Virus record (IMG/VR): IMGVR_UViG_3300032243_000596
Coordinates: 10,265 to 74,264 of that record
Length of the DNA stretch: 64,000 nt
Source: a virus
Lineage: Duplodnaviria > Caudoviricetes
Strand: one strand, 5' to 3'
Program-made: the position numbers and the translations under genes
Shown: positions 1 to 8,708 of the stretch, piece by piece
How positions within the stretch are numbered: the stretch's first letter is position 1
Layout of the letters: the number at the start of each line of letters is the position of its first letter
Notes under the pieces: model-generated
What the model was told of the DNA's origin: nothing
The model's database searches: none
The model's input: the letters and a program-made list of their open reading frames with translations, nothing else

Positions 1-313
1 ATGCTAGACCTTCATTGTTGCCCACATTTAATTTTCTGTTGTTTACAGATTTATGTTTGTGTGCCAGACTGCGTATCTGTTCTCTACATCCATCTAGGTT
101 GTAGTAGGTAATTGGCACTATATTGACCTGACGATAAAGATCAAACACTTGCTGTTGGATCGCTTCCTTACCAACTGCGTCGGCCCGGTCCCAGGCCTGT
201 TTACTGTAGGCTGTTCGAAATAAATGTTCCACGTGTTCGTACCCTGTACATACCGGTGCTGTGGGTGTATATCCCCATTCTTGGCACAACTGTTGGTAGT
301 ATTGATCGATCAT
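1..313 (-). CDS. hypothetical protein, 5' part only (runs off the window start)
   Basis: Manual translation from ATG at 313: MIDQYYQQLCQEWGYTPTAPVCTGYEHVEHLFRTAYSKQAWDRADAVGKEAIQQQVFDLYRQVNIVPITYYNLDGCREQIRSLAHKHKSVNNRKLNVGNNEGLA..., open to base 1; absent from the ORF track. Confidence 0.7.
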   Translation of the reverse strand, partial: MIDQYYQQLCQEWGYTPTAPVCTGYEHVEHLFRTAYSKQAWDRADAVGKEAIQQQVFDLYRQVNIVPITYYNLDGCREQIRSLAHKHKSVNNRKLNVGNNEGLA

Positions 314-332
314 TGAGCTTTGTATTATAAAG

Positions 333-357
333 AAAAAAGGTTGCCTGAGCAACCTTT
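333..357 (-). terminator. intrinsic terminator after the tmRNA coding piece
   Basis: Minus strand AAAGGTTGC-tcag-GCAACCTTT; the T-run continues (TTTTTT). Confidence 0.8.
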
Positions 358-359
358 CT

Positions 360-640
360 GGTGGTTTCTGTTACGAGGTATTTCCTACCCTAGGCTGCGT
401 TTAGGCTGCCAATGCGAACTGTGAGTCGTTTGCGTTTACTTTTGTGCTTGATTTACGGTCATCGCCTACCGAGCGCCATTATCCCTACTCTTGACCCAAT
501 CGATCCTGTGTCAGGCCCATTATAAAGTACATTCACGTTTCTGATGTCTCTGTTGGCTATATGCCAACCGAATATACTTTATGGTGGACCTGGGCGGCAC
601 TGCCCCGCCGTCTTGAATCTGTTTCTTGATAACAGTTTAC
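360..640 (-). ncRNA. ssrA: circularly permuted (two-piece) tmRNA
   Basis: Acceptor piece ends GGCGG-GGCAGTG-CCGCC-CAGGTCC-ACCA (CCA end at 582). Coding piece starts GGGCCTG at 518 and pairs with CAGGTCC, giving G3:U70. Tag frame 433-401 GCA AAC GAC TCA CAG TTC GCA TTG GCA GCC TAA = ANDSQFALAA*. Inter-piece helices: TTGGGTC(499-493)/GATTCAA(619-613) and CTGTTAT(635-629)/GTAACAG(374-368). Outer ends are approximate. Confidence 0.93.
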
Positions 641-644
641 GCTG

Positions 645-1013
645 TTAAAATCTAACCAACACTTCTTGGTATACACCATTCACCAGCATAATTTGCTTGT
701 GATAAGCAATACCATTCAAATAAACAACATCTTGTGGTTGTTGTACAACTACCGGAGGTTGCTGAACAATTATAGGTGGGTTAGGTGGAACGGGTTGTCC
801 ATTTACTATAACACCACCAGGTTGTCCATTTACTATAACAGTGGGTTGTTGACTACGAGCGATCTCATAACCAATCACTCCGCCTATGATGGTTGGTGCT
901 ACCCAATTGCCATATCCCCAACCACCACCATATCCACCGTGAAAGTGGCGATGTTGGGCACTTGCAGAAACTGCTACCAAACTTAAAATTAATGCGGAAA
1001 GTATCTTAGACAT
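645..1013 (-). CDS. secreted/periplasmic Gly/Pro/Gln-rich hypothetical protein
   Basis: Signal peptide MSKILSALILSLVAVSASA; AGGAG RBS; TAAATA at 1037-1032. Confidence 0.7.
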   Translation of the reverse strand: MSKILSALILSLVAVSASAQHRHFHGGYGGGWGYGNWVAPTIIGGVIGYEIARSQQPTVIVNGQPGGVIVNGQPVPPNPPIIVQQPPVVVQQPQDVVYLNGIAYHKQIMLVNGVYQEVLVRF

Positions 1014-1063
1014 TGAGGTCTCCTGTGTACTTATTTAACGCCTGACCACTGAAATTAGTTGAC

Positions 1064-1084
1064 AAAAAAGCCCCTTTCGGGGCT
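1064..1084 (-). terminator. intrinsic terminator
   Basis: AGCCCC-gaaa-GGGGCT followed by a T-run on the minus strand. Confidence 0.85.
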
Positions 1085-1103
1085 TACGGCACACTTGCAG
1101 TAA

Positions 1104-1433
1104 TTACTCTGCAACTGCTTCTGTAGCCTTAGCACGAGCTTTGATAGCATCAATGCTTGGCTTGGCTGTTTTGGCCTTGGTAACTTTGACAGTCTCGACT
1201 GCATTGTACTTGGCATCTGCGGCATCAATTGCAGCAGTAAAACGTGCATCTGTGTACAGATCAGTGGTCTTCAAATAAGTAACCACGGCAGGCTTGTCCA
1301 TAGCCTGGGGTAGGTCGCGCAACTCAACATCAGTGTGACCGTTCTTGTCGAGAACTTTAACACGAGTCATATCGTTGGCAAAACGAACTTTGGCCTCACC
1401 ATTCAAAATAGAAACACCAGCAACTTTAAACAT
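1104..1433 (-). CDS. hypothetical protein with Ala/Lys-rich C-terminus
   Basis: 109-aa ORF with its own promoter and terminator. Confidence 0.75.
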   Translation of the reverse strand: MFKVAGVSILNGEAKVRFANDMTRVKVLDKNGHTDVELRDLPQAMDKPAVVTYLKTTDLYTDARFTAAIDAADAKYNAVETVKVTKAKTAKPSIDAIKARAKATEAVAE

Positions 1434-1495
1434 AAAAACTCCTAGAAAAACAAGTTAGTTGAAAAATGTTAGCACTCAATCGCTAACATATTCAA

Positions 1496-1524
1496 ATTAT
1501 AGCTGAATTCGAAATTGATGTCAA
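1496..1524 (-). promoter_or_regulatory. sigma70-type promoter
   Basis: TTGACA-17-TATAAT, perfect consensus. Confidence 0.85.
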
Positions 1525-1551
1525 CTATTTTTTGAATTTGGTTTACCAAAA

Positions 1552-1680
1552 TTAATTGGCCAATTCTTTGCTTTGGCTTTTGACCGCCGTCACACCGTTG
1601 TCCAAAATTCGAGCAATGCCCGAAAATCCCACAGTGGCCACAACCAAACCCGTAACAAAACCGATTAATATTTTGCCCAT
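1552..1680 (-). CDS. small membrane protein (42 aa)
   Basis: MGKILIGFVTGLVVATVGFSGIARILDNGVTAVKSQSKELAN*; start overlaps the upstream stop; below the ORF-track cutoff. Confidence 0.6.
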   Translation of the reverse strand: MGKILIGFVTGLVVATVGFSGIARILDNGVTAVKSQSKELAN

Positions 1681-2159
1681 TACACAGTCTCCTCAACCTT
1701 GGTCAACACTTGAGCCAAGGGTACCAGCTTGCATCCAAGTTGGGCATCATCTTTATAGGTAGTGCCCACGTACCACACACCGTCTTGCATAATGTAGTAA
1801 AACTCGGCGCCACAACCATCAGCACGAGCGAAGAACTCTTCAAAACTGTGGTCAATCTTAAACTCTGTGTCTGTATCGCCACGGTCACGACCGTAAAAGG
1901 TAGTGATTTGAGAACGAGCTTCTGACTCCGCTTGGTACTCAGGCGTACCGTAAGGGGCTTGCATATTGAAATCGTGCTTTTCGCCAATGTTAGGACCCAG
2001 TGAGCTGATGTCACCCAGGGCTACCAAATTGGCAGCTTTTGAGCTGTCATAGTGTTCTTGCAAAATAGCGCCATTGTGTTCCAAATAGCCATCCCAGTGG
2101 CAATAAACACTACGGCAATTGTCACCAAACATAATACCAATTCGACTACGTGTACCCAT
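1680..2159 (-). CDS. conserved phage hypothetical protein
   Basis: MGTRSRIG...SVYCHWDGYLEHNG pattern; GGAG RBS; upstream promoter. Confidence 0.75.
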   Translation of the reverse strand: MGTRSRIGIMFGDNCRSVYCHWDGYLEHNGAILQEHYDSSKAANLVALGDISSLGPNIGEKHDFNMQAPYGTPEYQAESEARSQITTFYGRDRGDTDTEFKIDHSFEEFFARADGCGAEFYYIMQDGVWYVGTTYKDDAQLGCKLVPLAQVLTKVEETV

Positions 2160-2189
2160 TACAGACTCCTAGTGTTAAACAATACGTAT

Positions 2190-2218
2190 ATTATACAACC
2201 AAAATCAATTAATGTCAA
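2190..2218 (-). promoter_or_regulatory. sigma70-type promoter
   Basis: TTGACA-17-TATAAT. Confidence 0.85.
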
Positions 2219-2568
2219 TCCAAACGACTGCCAGCATAGGCTGTGAAACCGTATTTTTGAAACACTTTGGCGGCCGCTTCTGCACCCACTGCCAAGGTGT
2301 CCACGTTCTGAACGTAGAGCCCGCTGGGATTCCAAATTGAGAACGCCTTGGTGTAGTCCTGCTTGACGCCTACTTTCTTCAAGAGCTTGCCCAATTTGGT
2401 ATTGCCCTTGACACCGTGAATGTTGACCCAAGCAAAGCCACAGGCATACTGATCCACACCGTTCAAGTTGGTATGGAAGAAACGCTTGGCCGCTATGTTG
2501 GCCGCGCATTTGGCTTCTGCCACGATATGCTGTACCTGCTCCAGTGTAGTGATATTTGCTGTAGTCAT
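2215..2568 (-). CDS. hypothetical protein
   Basis: 117-aa ORF, AAGGAG RBS, upstream promoter. Confidence 0.75.
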   Translation of the reverse strand: MTTANITTLEQVQHIVAEAKCAANIAAKRFFHTNLNGVDQYACGFAWVNIHGVKGNTKLGKLLKKVGVKQDYTKAFSIWNPSGLYVQNVDTLAVGAEAAAKVFQKYGFTAYAGSRLD

Positions 2569-2601
2569 AAGTTACGCTCCTTTGTTGCTTACTATGTCAT
2601 T

Positions 2602-2680
2602 ATTATAACAGTAATTCGAATTTTGAGCAATAATACCCGCCCAAAAAGAGCGGGTATTACAAGTAGTACTTAGGTATTAC
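2602..2680 (-). promoter_or_regulatory. sigma70-type promoter with upstream GTAnTAC array
   Basis: TTGCTC(2630-2625)-17-TATAAT(2607-2602); heptads at 2654, 2663, 2674; inverted repeat TAATACCCGC/GCGGGTATTA at 2631-2659. Confidence 0.7.
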
Positions 2681-3110
2681 TTTTTCCGGGCTTGTAATCT
2701 TCGTTAATCACCGTTTTGATAGCGTGGCAAACTACGCAAATGCCGTTGACGTTTTCCTCTGTATCTTCGCCCCCGTCTGCCGCACGGATTTGATGATCGC
2801 CGTGCATCAAAGTTCTTGCCACTCTACGTTTGGTCATTTCATCAGTTATGTGAGCCAGTCTTGGATCTGCTAACGAATCATATCCACATTCGGCACATAC
2901 GTATGACCTGTGGAATGTATGGGGGCGGTCAGTCCTCCCCATACCGCCGTACTCAATTTGATTGCGTTGATGGTACCTGCAAAGTGTGCTTTCACCGGGA
3001 CCTTTCATATTGGTCAAAGGCTTGCCACAGCCTGGGATGGAGCAGGTGTGACCCAACTCCTTCCTAATCTGGGCAAGACTCTTTGGTTTGTCGAAAGTAA
3101 ACAGTCGCAT
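2670..3110 (-). CDS. Zn-finger HNH endonuclease-like protein
   Basis: CSIPGC, CRYH, CAECG and GDHQIRAADGGEDTEENVNGICVVCHAIKT (HNH); start placed at MRLFTF, just after the upstream stop. Confidence 0.7.
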   Translation of the reverse strand: MRLFTFDKPKSLAQIRKELGHTCSIPGCGKPLTNMKGPGESTLCRYHQRNQIEYGGMGRTDRPHTFHRSYVCAECGYDSLADPRLAHITDEMTKRRVARTLMHGDHQIRAADGGEDTEENVNGICVVCHAIKTVINEDYKPGKSNT

Positions 3111-3111
3111 T

Positions 3112-4281
3112 TTAGTACAGGTCTTCGCGAGCAGGAGTAAATTCACTGCTGGTGTTGCTATTCAATTTAGCAAAGCCCTTGAGATCTTTCTTAACTTGCT
3201 CGGCAAGGAAAGGATAACCGTGTAAAGGTTCTTTGTTACAACGAGCAACTCCGTAGCCCACGTGAGCATCGTGCCAGTTACGATAAGCATTACCCACGTG
3301 TGCCCAGAATCGACTTGAAGGGCCAAAGTCTGCACCCCACTTGGTCTTGGCAAGATTGGCCACGTCAAACACCTGTTCAGGAGTCAATTTAAGTTTAGCA
3401 AGACGGCAACGTTCAAAGAAGTAGGCCATCATCACCATTTCCTTTTCCTCTACTGCGCGATGCTGTGCGCCAACTGCTACCAAATAATCGCACAACCATT
3501 CAAGTGACTCTGTGTCCATCTTGTTGAATTCTTGCATACGACTAATTGCGCCAGGCATATGATCGTCACCAAATTTTTTGCTAGTAAGAAACAGACCGCG
3601 ACTTTCCACAATTTGTTGCTTTTCTTCCATTAGTCGCCACAAAGGATGATTGCTACCGTCCACACGTACACCGTAAATCATTTGCTCGATCTTATCAAAC
3701 AAGTCCAGCATCTTTTTGCCTTCTTCGCTGTTAAGGTCAATGAAACAACCTCGCATCTCTGCCTTTTGATTGCTGGCGTATACACACACAGGGATTTCAA
3801 AATTCTCTGGATCCTCGCCAAAGATTTGTGTGCAGATTAGCCAAAGTAATACTAAAGTATGCTGCCCGTCCCACGCAAGATAAATGTCGCTGTCGGGGTC
3901 TGGCATATAGGTATGCACAGGTATGACCTTTGTTGCAACAAATACATTCAGCAAAGTTAACACCCAAGCAATGTTGAGTTGGCGTTGCATTGAGTCGTCG
4001 ATGTGAACTTGACTCATTTTAACAGTCCAGGCCTTGGCCAATTTCTTTTTAAGATCCTTGGTGCCTTTGATATCAGGATTGCGTAAACGGAATTCGTTGA
4101 TTGCCGCCGCAAGTCCTGCATCTACTGCTTGTTGTTGGATTCGGGGAAGTGCGTTGTAAGTCTCGTCCCATCGTTGTTTGACAGTTCGAATTTGACTTGC
4201 TGAGATTGAGAAACGGCCGTTCTTTTGAGCCGCATAAGTTTGAGTCGTAGATTGACCAGACCCGTTAATGAAATTTAACAT
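3112..4281 (-). CDS. ParB/Srx-fold DGQHR (DndB-like) domain protein
   Basis: MQRQLN, AWDGQHT and FIDLN match the QR / DGQHR / FxxxN signature. Confidence 0.6.
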   Translation of the reverse strand: MLNFINGSGQSTTQTYAAQKNGRFSISASQIRTVKQRWDETYNALPRIQQQAVDAGLAAAINEFRLRNPDIKGTKDLKKKLAKAWTVKMSQVHIDDSMQRQLNIAWVLTLLNVFVATKVIPVHTYMPDPDSDIYLAWDGQHTLVLLWLICTQIFGEDPENFEIPVCVYASNQKAEMRGCFIDLNSEEGKKMLDLFDKIEQMIYGVRVDGSNHPLWRLMEEKQQIVESRGLFLTSKKFGDDHMPGAISRMQEFNKMDTESLEWLCDYLVAVGAQHRAVEEKEMVMMAYFFERCRLAKLKLTPEQVFDVANLAKTKWGADFGPSSRFWAHVGNAYRNWHDAHVGYGVARCNKEPLHGYPFLAEQVKKDLKGFAKLNSNTSSEFTPAREDLY

Positions 4282-4333
4282 TTTGGTAACTCCAGTTTTG
4301 TTTAAGTTTCGTGCAACGGTTGCACAGTGACTA

Positions 4334-4361
4334 ATTATACTGGTTTTTTAATAAATGTCAA
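4334..4361 (-). promoter_or_regulatory. sigma70-type promoter
   Basis: TTGACA-16-TATAAT. Confidence 0.7.
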
Positions 4362-4615
4362 CGGGTCAGTGCGTCTAATTGCTTTTTTTCCGCTTCGGGA
4401 ATCGGGGCGGTGGTTTGTGTGGGCATAGCCACGGCGTGACAGGTGCGGATCACCTGTGTATTAGGGCCGTTCCACGGGATTGATATGACACGCCCTGTCA
4501 CAGGATCCACAGCACCCATACGTGGCACATTTACAACACGGTTTTCACAAACGGTGGCAACCTGTGCGTGAGCTACACTTGTAAACAAAAGTATTAAGGC
4601 CAGAGCTTTGGTCAT
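4358..4615 (-). CDS. small secreted hypothetical protein
   Basis: Signal peptide MTKALALILLFTSVAHA; two Cys. Confidence 0.65.
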   Translation of the reverse strand: MTKALALILLFTSVAHAQVATVCENRVVNVPRMGAVDPVTGRVISIPWNGPNTQVIRTCHAVAMPTQTTAPIPEAEKKQLDALTR

Positions 4616-4621
4616 AGTACT

Positions 4622-4650
4622 AGTATAGCACCAAAATCATTTTTTGTCAA
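4622..4650 (-). promoter_or_regulatory. sigma70-type promoter, predicted leaderless
   Basis: TTGACA-17-TATACT; ATG 7 nt from the -10 box; no SD. Confidence 0.7.
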
Positions 4651-5098
4651 TAGTTTTTGCAGGCCGCCAATGAAACACAGTCATACCCATACTGGGGTAT
4701 TCTTCGTGGGTCCACTTTGGTCCTAGTATATTTTGGATCACCGGAACAAAGTATTTACGGTATAAACTGGTACGATTATCCTGTTTGCTAGTGAATGATA
4801 TGGCTGGCGGGCGAGCTTTGGCAATATATTCGGGCAATTGTTGTTTAATGATATTAAGAACTGTACTCAAGATTTTCACAGTCGACTTGCTGGCACTAGT
4901 GGGTCGATCAGTCGCATCATAATTTCCATTTACGGTAAATGTAATATGAAGTGTGTCATTAAATTCACTGCGGTCAAAAAACACATCTACCCAATGATTG
5001 TCCACGGTTGCGTGAAACAGACTGCGCTTTCTTCTACGATTGGGTTTATAGTCAGCGGGTGCGTTGCCTAATTCTATTAAAAATTCCTCTGCCCTCAT
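4637..5098 (-). CDS. hypothetical protein (MRAEEF N-terminus)
   Basis: 153-aa ORF coupled by ATGA overlap to the upstream gene. Confidence 0.75.
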   Translation of the reverse strand: MRAEEFLIELGNAPADYKPNRRRKRSLFHATVDNHWVDVFFDRSEFNDTLHITFTVNGNYDATDRPTSASKSTVKILSTVLNIIKQQLPEYIAKARPPAISFTSKQDNRTSLYRKYFVPVIQNILGPKWTHEEYPSMGMTVFHWRPAKTIDKK

Positions 5099-7749
5099 CG
5101 CATCACCGGATAAACTTCGAAACCTTCACCACTTACGCCCATTCCGTTGTCCCGTAACCACGCGGCGGCTACTCTGTTGGCATCTGCTTGGTTGTTGCCC
5201 ACACCACTAAAACGATAGACTTCATCACCGTTGACCAAGACCTTCCACTCACCATTAAATTGAGTGCCGTAGTTGATGGTGCGGCCATCGGTTCTGGCCT
5301 GACCTGTGGCGCCGTATACATTGTCCGTGGCCGCTGGCGCGACAGGTCGTCCATCATCATCGACCAGACTATATTGACGATTTGGGTGGCTATCTTGATA
5401 TTCTTGGAATTGCTGCAGAGCAGCTTGATCGCTTGTTGCGAGGAATCCTGCCGAAGTTTCTTGATTTTGGTTTAGGATTCTATACTGTCTGTGTACAGGC
5501 TGATTGGCTGTTGTGGCCCTAGACTGATTGGTTACAGCAGGTCCACGACGAACACCAAAATTTTCAGGGTCGCTTTGGCCGGCACCGTGCTGACGATAGT
5601 CGTCTAATCTTATTCTTGCTTCGTCATCATTGCGAGCAGGGAATGTATCTATAACTTGACCAGTAGTTCTATTGTAGAGTTCGTAATCAACACGGGCGTC
5701 AACAGCCTGTGGAGTTCTGGTATCAATACGGCGGCCACCAATGCCCACGTGTATGGGGCCTCCTTGCCTGTTGGCCAGTTGTTGTGCGGCTTCAATCGCC
5801 TCTCCTTGTGTGTCATAGTAGTCAAGACGACGGCCGCTGTCATCATATACCAAATAGCCCTCTGAGCCCACAGTTCTTACACCGTACATATCGTGTCGTC
5901 CATCAGCAATCAGTCTTGCAGCATAAGCCTGTGCTGAGCCACGATCAGTAATAGGTTGCTGATTCTGAGCAATATTCATTACGCTATTGCCAGTAGCCCT
6001 GTTATAGATTTCCCAAGGTCCAGGACCTGAAGGTCGGAGGCTGTTAGAAAGATTGGCATTGTCCTCATATGATCTCACTGCTTCTGCGTCCATTCGAGCT
6101 AGAGTATTAACCAAGAGTGGTTCTCCCCACTCTTTGGCGGCTTTCTGTTTGGCTTCTTCTTCACTGGAGGCAACTACTTCCACTGTGGCACTATATCGGC
6201 CAGCTCCTCGACCGTCTTTGTAAACCTTCCACCACATCTTTTGATCCCCGGTTCCGCCACGTTTGATTTTACGTTGTAGTTGTGCTTGTTTGACAAAACT
6301 GCGTAGTGCGGCCTGTGGAATCTTACCTGCCACATAGTCAACAAAGTATTTTACAGTATTGGTTTCGTCGGTATCTTTTTGAGTCAGCAACTTATAAAGT
6401 TTAGTGTGATATTCTTTTTTATATTTTTCAGGATCACAGGCCGCATCCAGTGCCACTACAAAACGCAACAGGGTATTTTTAATTTTATTGGGATCGGCTG
6501 CATAGTCTCCCAACCAATCTCCACCTGGGCTACGAAATTCAATATATTTGTCTTTGGTGTTGATACTGGTATACTTGCTGGTTATGCCACTGTGTATGAC
6601 CTTACTGGCTATACCTTCTAGACCATTTTTCAATGCGTCCAATAATTTTTCAGCTGCATCAGGTTGACTGCGTATACGTTTTTCAATATCCGTTAGAGCA
6701 CTTTTGGCAAAACTGTTGCCCATACGACCAAACTGTTCTAGCACATACTTGTCACCCATCAATACTGCCAGTTTAACATAGTCCAGCTTGTTTAACTCAA
6801 AGCCAGGTACACTGACATTAATGTGTAGACCTGTAGATTCATTTGTATAGCAACCATTGCTGGCAGCCCATTTGGCCACCTTGTCTAGGTCGCTCAACAT
6901 ATCTGGGATAGACAAGGCAGGACTGACAAATTCCAGTCCTTTATCAGCACTGCTGTCCTCTGCATCTAAACTGCCATCAGGTTCTACCACATAAAAGTCT
7001 GTGCCAGTTCCGGGTCTTTTTTGGCCCGATTGATGATAGTTACTGTAGGCACGAGCCGGCCGACCAATGGCGGCAGAAAATTGATCAGCAACTTCCTCAA
7101 TATCTGCTTCACCTTCGTCGCTTGGCTCTGTATAGTAGGGCCAGGTGATGCTGTAGTTACCTTCTATGTCCCTCATACTGTCTAGATCTGCATCTTCTAA
7201 CCAGTCACTTTCGTCCCAATCTTCTCGATGATCTTCACGGAACTCTTCATAGGCTTCTTGATATGCTGTACTGCCTGGGTCAGCGTGTACGTTGGAGGTA
7301 TATTCTTCCAAGGCTTCATTGCGGTCATCGCCATCTAGGTCATCAGGATTCCATTCTGATTCATCTACGTTGTTTTTGACCCATTCAAGAATATAGTCTT
7401 CTCCGTCACTTTCCCACTCTTTGTTAATCTTTTCTTCTACCCATTCGTAGTAGTCTTCTGTCATCTTGTCACGCAAGCGGTCAGCATCAGCGCGACTGTT
7501 ATATTCACGGTCATAGAAAAATTCATAGGCATCTTGTATGCTACGACAACGTTGATCCTGATCATAGTCAGGCTCACTTTCGTAGTAATCATCGCCACCA
7601 CCTGCAATATTGGGCACGTACATTTCAAATTCCATACCCGCCCGGGCATCGATATCCCCAGCCAACCTGGACAAATTACTGGGACTCATATTGACTTCGA
7701 ACAGGTCTTGATCTTCTGAGATTAATTTTTTAACTTCTTTAAAACGCAT
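5095..7749 (-). CDS. putative amidoligase (COOH-NH2 ligase type 2) with acidic insertion and C-terminal repeat modules
   Basis: GMEFE, DGSL, GLEFVSP, NESTGLHINV, KYTSIN, IEFRSPG motifs in the order expected for Amidoligase_2. Confidence 0.7.
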   Translation of the reverse strand: MRFKEVKKLISEDQDLFEVNMSPSNLSRLAGDIDARAGMEFEMYVPNIAGGGDDYYESEPDYDQDQRCRSIQDAYEFFYDREYNSRADADRLRDKMTEDYYEWVEEKINKEWESDGEDYILEWVKNNVDESEWNPDDLDGDDRNEALEEYTSNVHADPGSTAYQEAYEEFREDHREDWDESDWLEDADLDSMRDIEGNYSITWPYYTEPSDEGEADIEEVADQFSAAIGRPARAYSNYHQSGQKRPGTGTDFYVVEPDGSLDAEDSSADKGLEFVSPALSIPDMLSDLDKVAKWAASNGCYTNESTGLHINVSVPGFELNKLDYVKLAVLMGDKYVLEQFGRMGNSFAKSALTDIEKRIRSQPDAAEKLLDALKNGLEGIASKVIHSGITSKYTSINTKDKYIEFRSPGGDWLGDYAADPNKIKNTLLRFVVALDAACDPEKYKKEYHTKLYKLLTQKDTDETNTVKYFVDYVAGKIPQAALRSFVKQAQLQRKIKRGGTGDQKMWWKVYKDGRGAGRYSATVEVVASSEEEAKQKAAKEWGEPLLVNTLARMDAEAVRSYEDNANLSNSLRPSGPGPWEIYNRATGNSVMNIAQNQQPITDRGSAQAYAARLIADGRHDMYGVRTVGSEGYLVYDDSGRRLDYYDTQGEAIEAAQQLANRQGGPIHVGIGGRRIDTRTPQAVDARVDYELYNRTTGQVIDTFPARNDDEARIRLDDYRQHGAGQSDPENFGVRRGPAVTNQSRATTANQPVHRQYRILNQNQETSAGFLATSDQAALQQFQEYQDSHPNRQYSLVDDDGRPVAPAATDNVYGATGQARTDGRTINYGTQFNGEWKVLVNGDEVYRFSGVGNNQADANRVAAAWLRDNGMGVSGEGFEVYPVMR

Positions 7750-7788
7750 AGGTATGATAGTGTCTAGATACTATATTTAGCAGGTCAC

Positions 7789-7812
7789 AAAAAAGGGCAT
7801 CCGAAGATGCCC
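7789..7812 (-). terminator. intrinsic terminator
   Basis: GGGCATC-ttcg-GATGCCC-TTTTTT. Confidence 0.9.
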
Positions 7813-7841
7813 CAAGTGGTCATAAGACTATGCTTCTTATA

Positions 7842-8660
7842 TTAATCGTCTGCCTTGCCGCATCGAGCACGTTTGGCATTGGTCAAAGCACCAAAGTTAA
7901 CGGGCCATTCTGCACCAGGGGACAGTTCTCGAGCATTTGCTGGAAACTTATATTGAACTCCGGCCTGTTGTTGAATTTGTGCCAAAGGAGCGCGAAACTT
8001 AGTTAAATCGTTACCCAAGTTAACATAGGGTTTTGTGTGGGGGAATGCCCAACCAGCAACTTCGTGTGTGGCGTTGTTGATAACGATTTTGTAGAATCCG
8101 TGCGGAACAATGACTCCATTACCAATAGTGGGATCGCCTGCACCATAGAATGCACCAACGTAGATTGTAAATGGTTGATTTAGTTGCACTGCCCATCCGC
8201 GTACACTTGTTTCCAATAGTTTCCAAATACCACGATTTAGGCTACCGTGTTGTGGATACATATTGGTCATTAGGAATGATTCGTACTCTACCTGTGCTGT
8301 CCAACTTAGATCGCCGTCCGGAGCAGCGTGTCCCTTGTCGTAGCCTGTACCAGCGTAGTCATCTGGACGAGCACCTGTGCCATTTAAACTGGCATCAGCC
8401 ACAAAAGCATTTGTTCTGGGAAAGCACCCTAGTGCGTTTTTTGGTAGTAGTGTGTAGGCCACATAGGCAGGAATCTTAACAGGAGCGTCATATGCTACCA
8501 AATATGCTTCCCGGCAAATAGGAGTAGAAGGTCTTGCTGTTTGTGCAAAACCATAAGGACTATGCGGCTGGCAGGCCTGTGGTGGCAGTGGGGCACGTTG
8601 GTCCCAAGCAAAAGAATTAGCGGATAAGAACAAGGCAAGAACTGCCAATAATTTTTTCAT
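7842..8660 (-). CDS. DNA/RNA non-specific endonuclease (NucA/Serratia type) with signal peptide
   Basis: YDKGHAAP (DRGH-type), NMYPQHGSLNRGIWKLLE; signal peptide MKKLLAVLALFLSANSFA. Confidence 0.9.
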   Translation of the reverse strand: MKKLLAVLALFLSANSFAWDQRAPLPPQACQPHSPYGFAQTARPSTPICREAYLVAYDAPVKIPAYVAYTLLPKNALGCFPRTNAFVADASLNGTGARPDDYAGTGYDKGHAAPDGDLSWTAQVEYESFLMTNMYPQHGSLNRGIWKLLETSVRGWAVQLNQPFTIYVGAFYGAGDPTIGNGVIVPHGFYKIVINNATHEVAGWAFPHTKPYVNLGNDLTKFRAPLAQIQQQAGVQYKFPANARELSPGAEWPVNFGALTNAKRARCGKADD

Positions 8661-8708
8661 TGAAATACACCTTAAAGATAATATAGTGTATTTAGCGCGG
8701 TTATTACT

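Noticed and set aside
582-612. tRNA-like 3' end (T-arm plus ACCA) as a standalone tRNA
   Set aside because: There is no anticodon arm, and the matching 5' acceptor strand lies downstream at 518; it is the acceptor piece of the permuted tmRNA.
793-840. 21-bp direct repeat ggttgtccatttactataaca
   Set aside because: It lies inside a coding region and simply encodes VIVNGQP twice.
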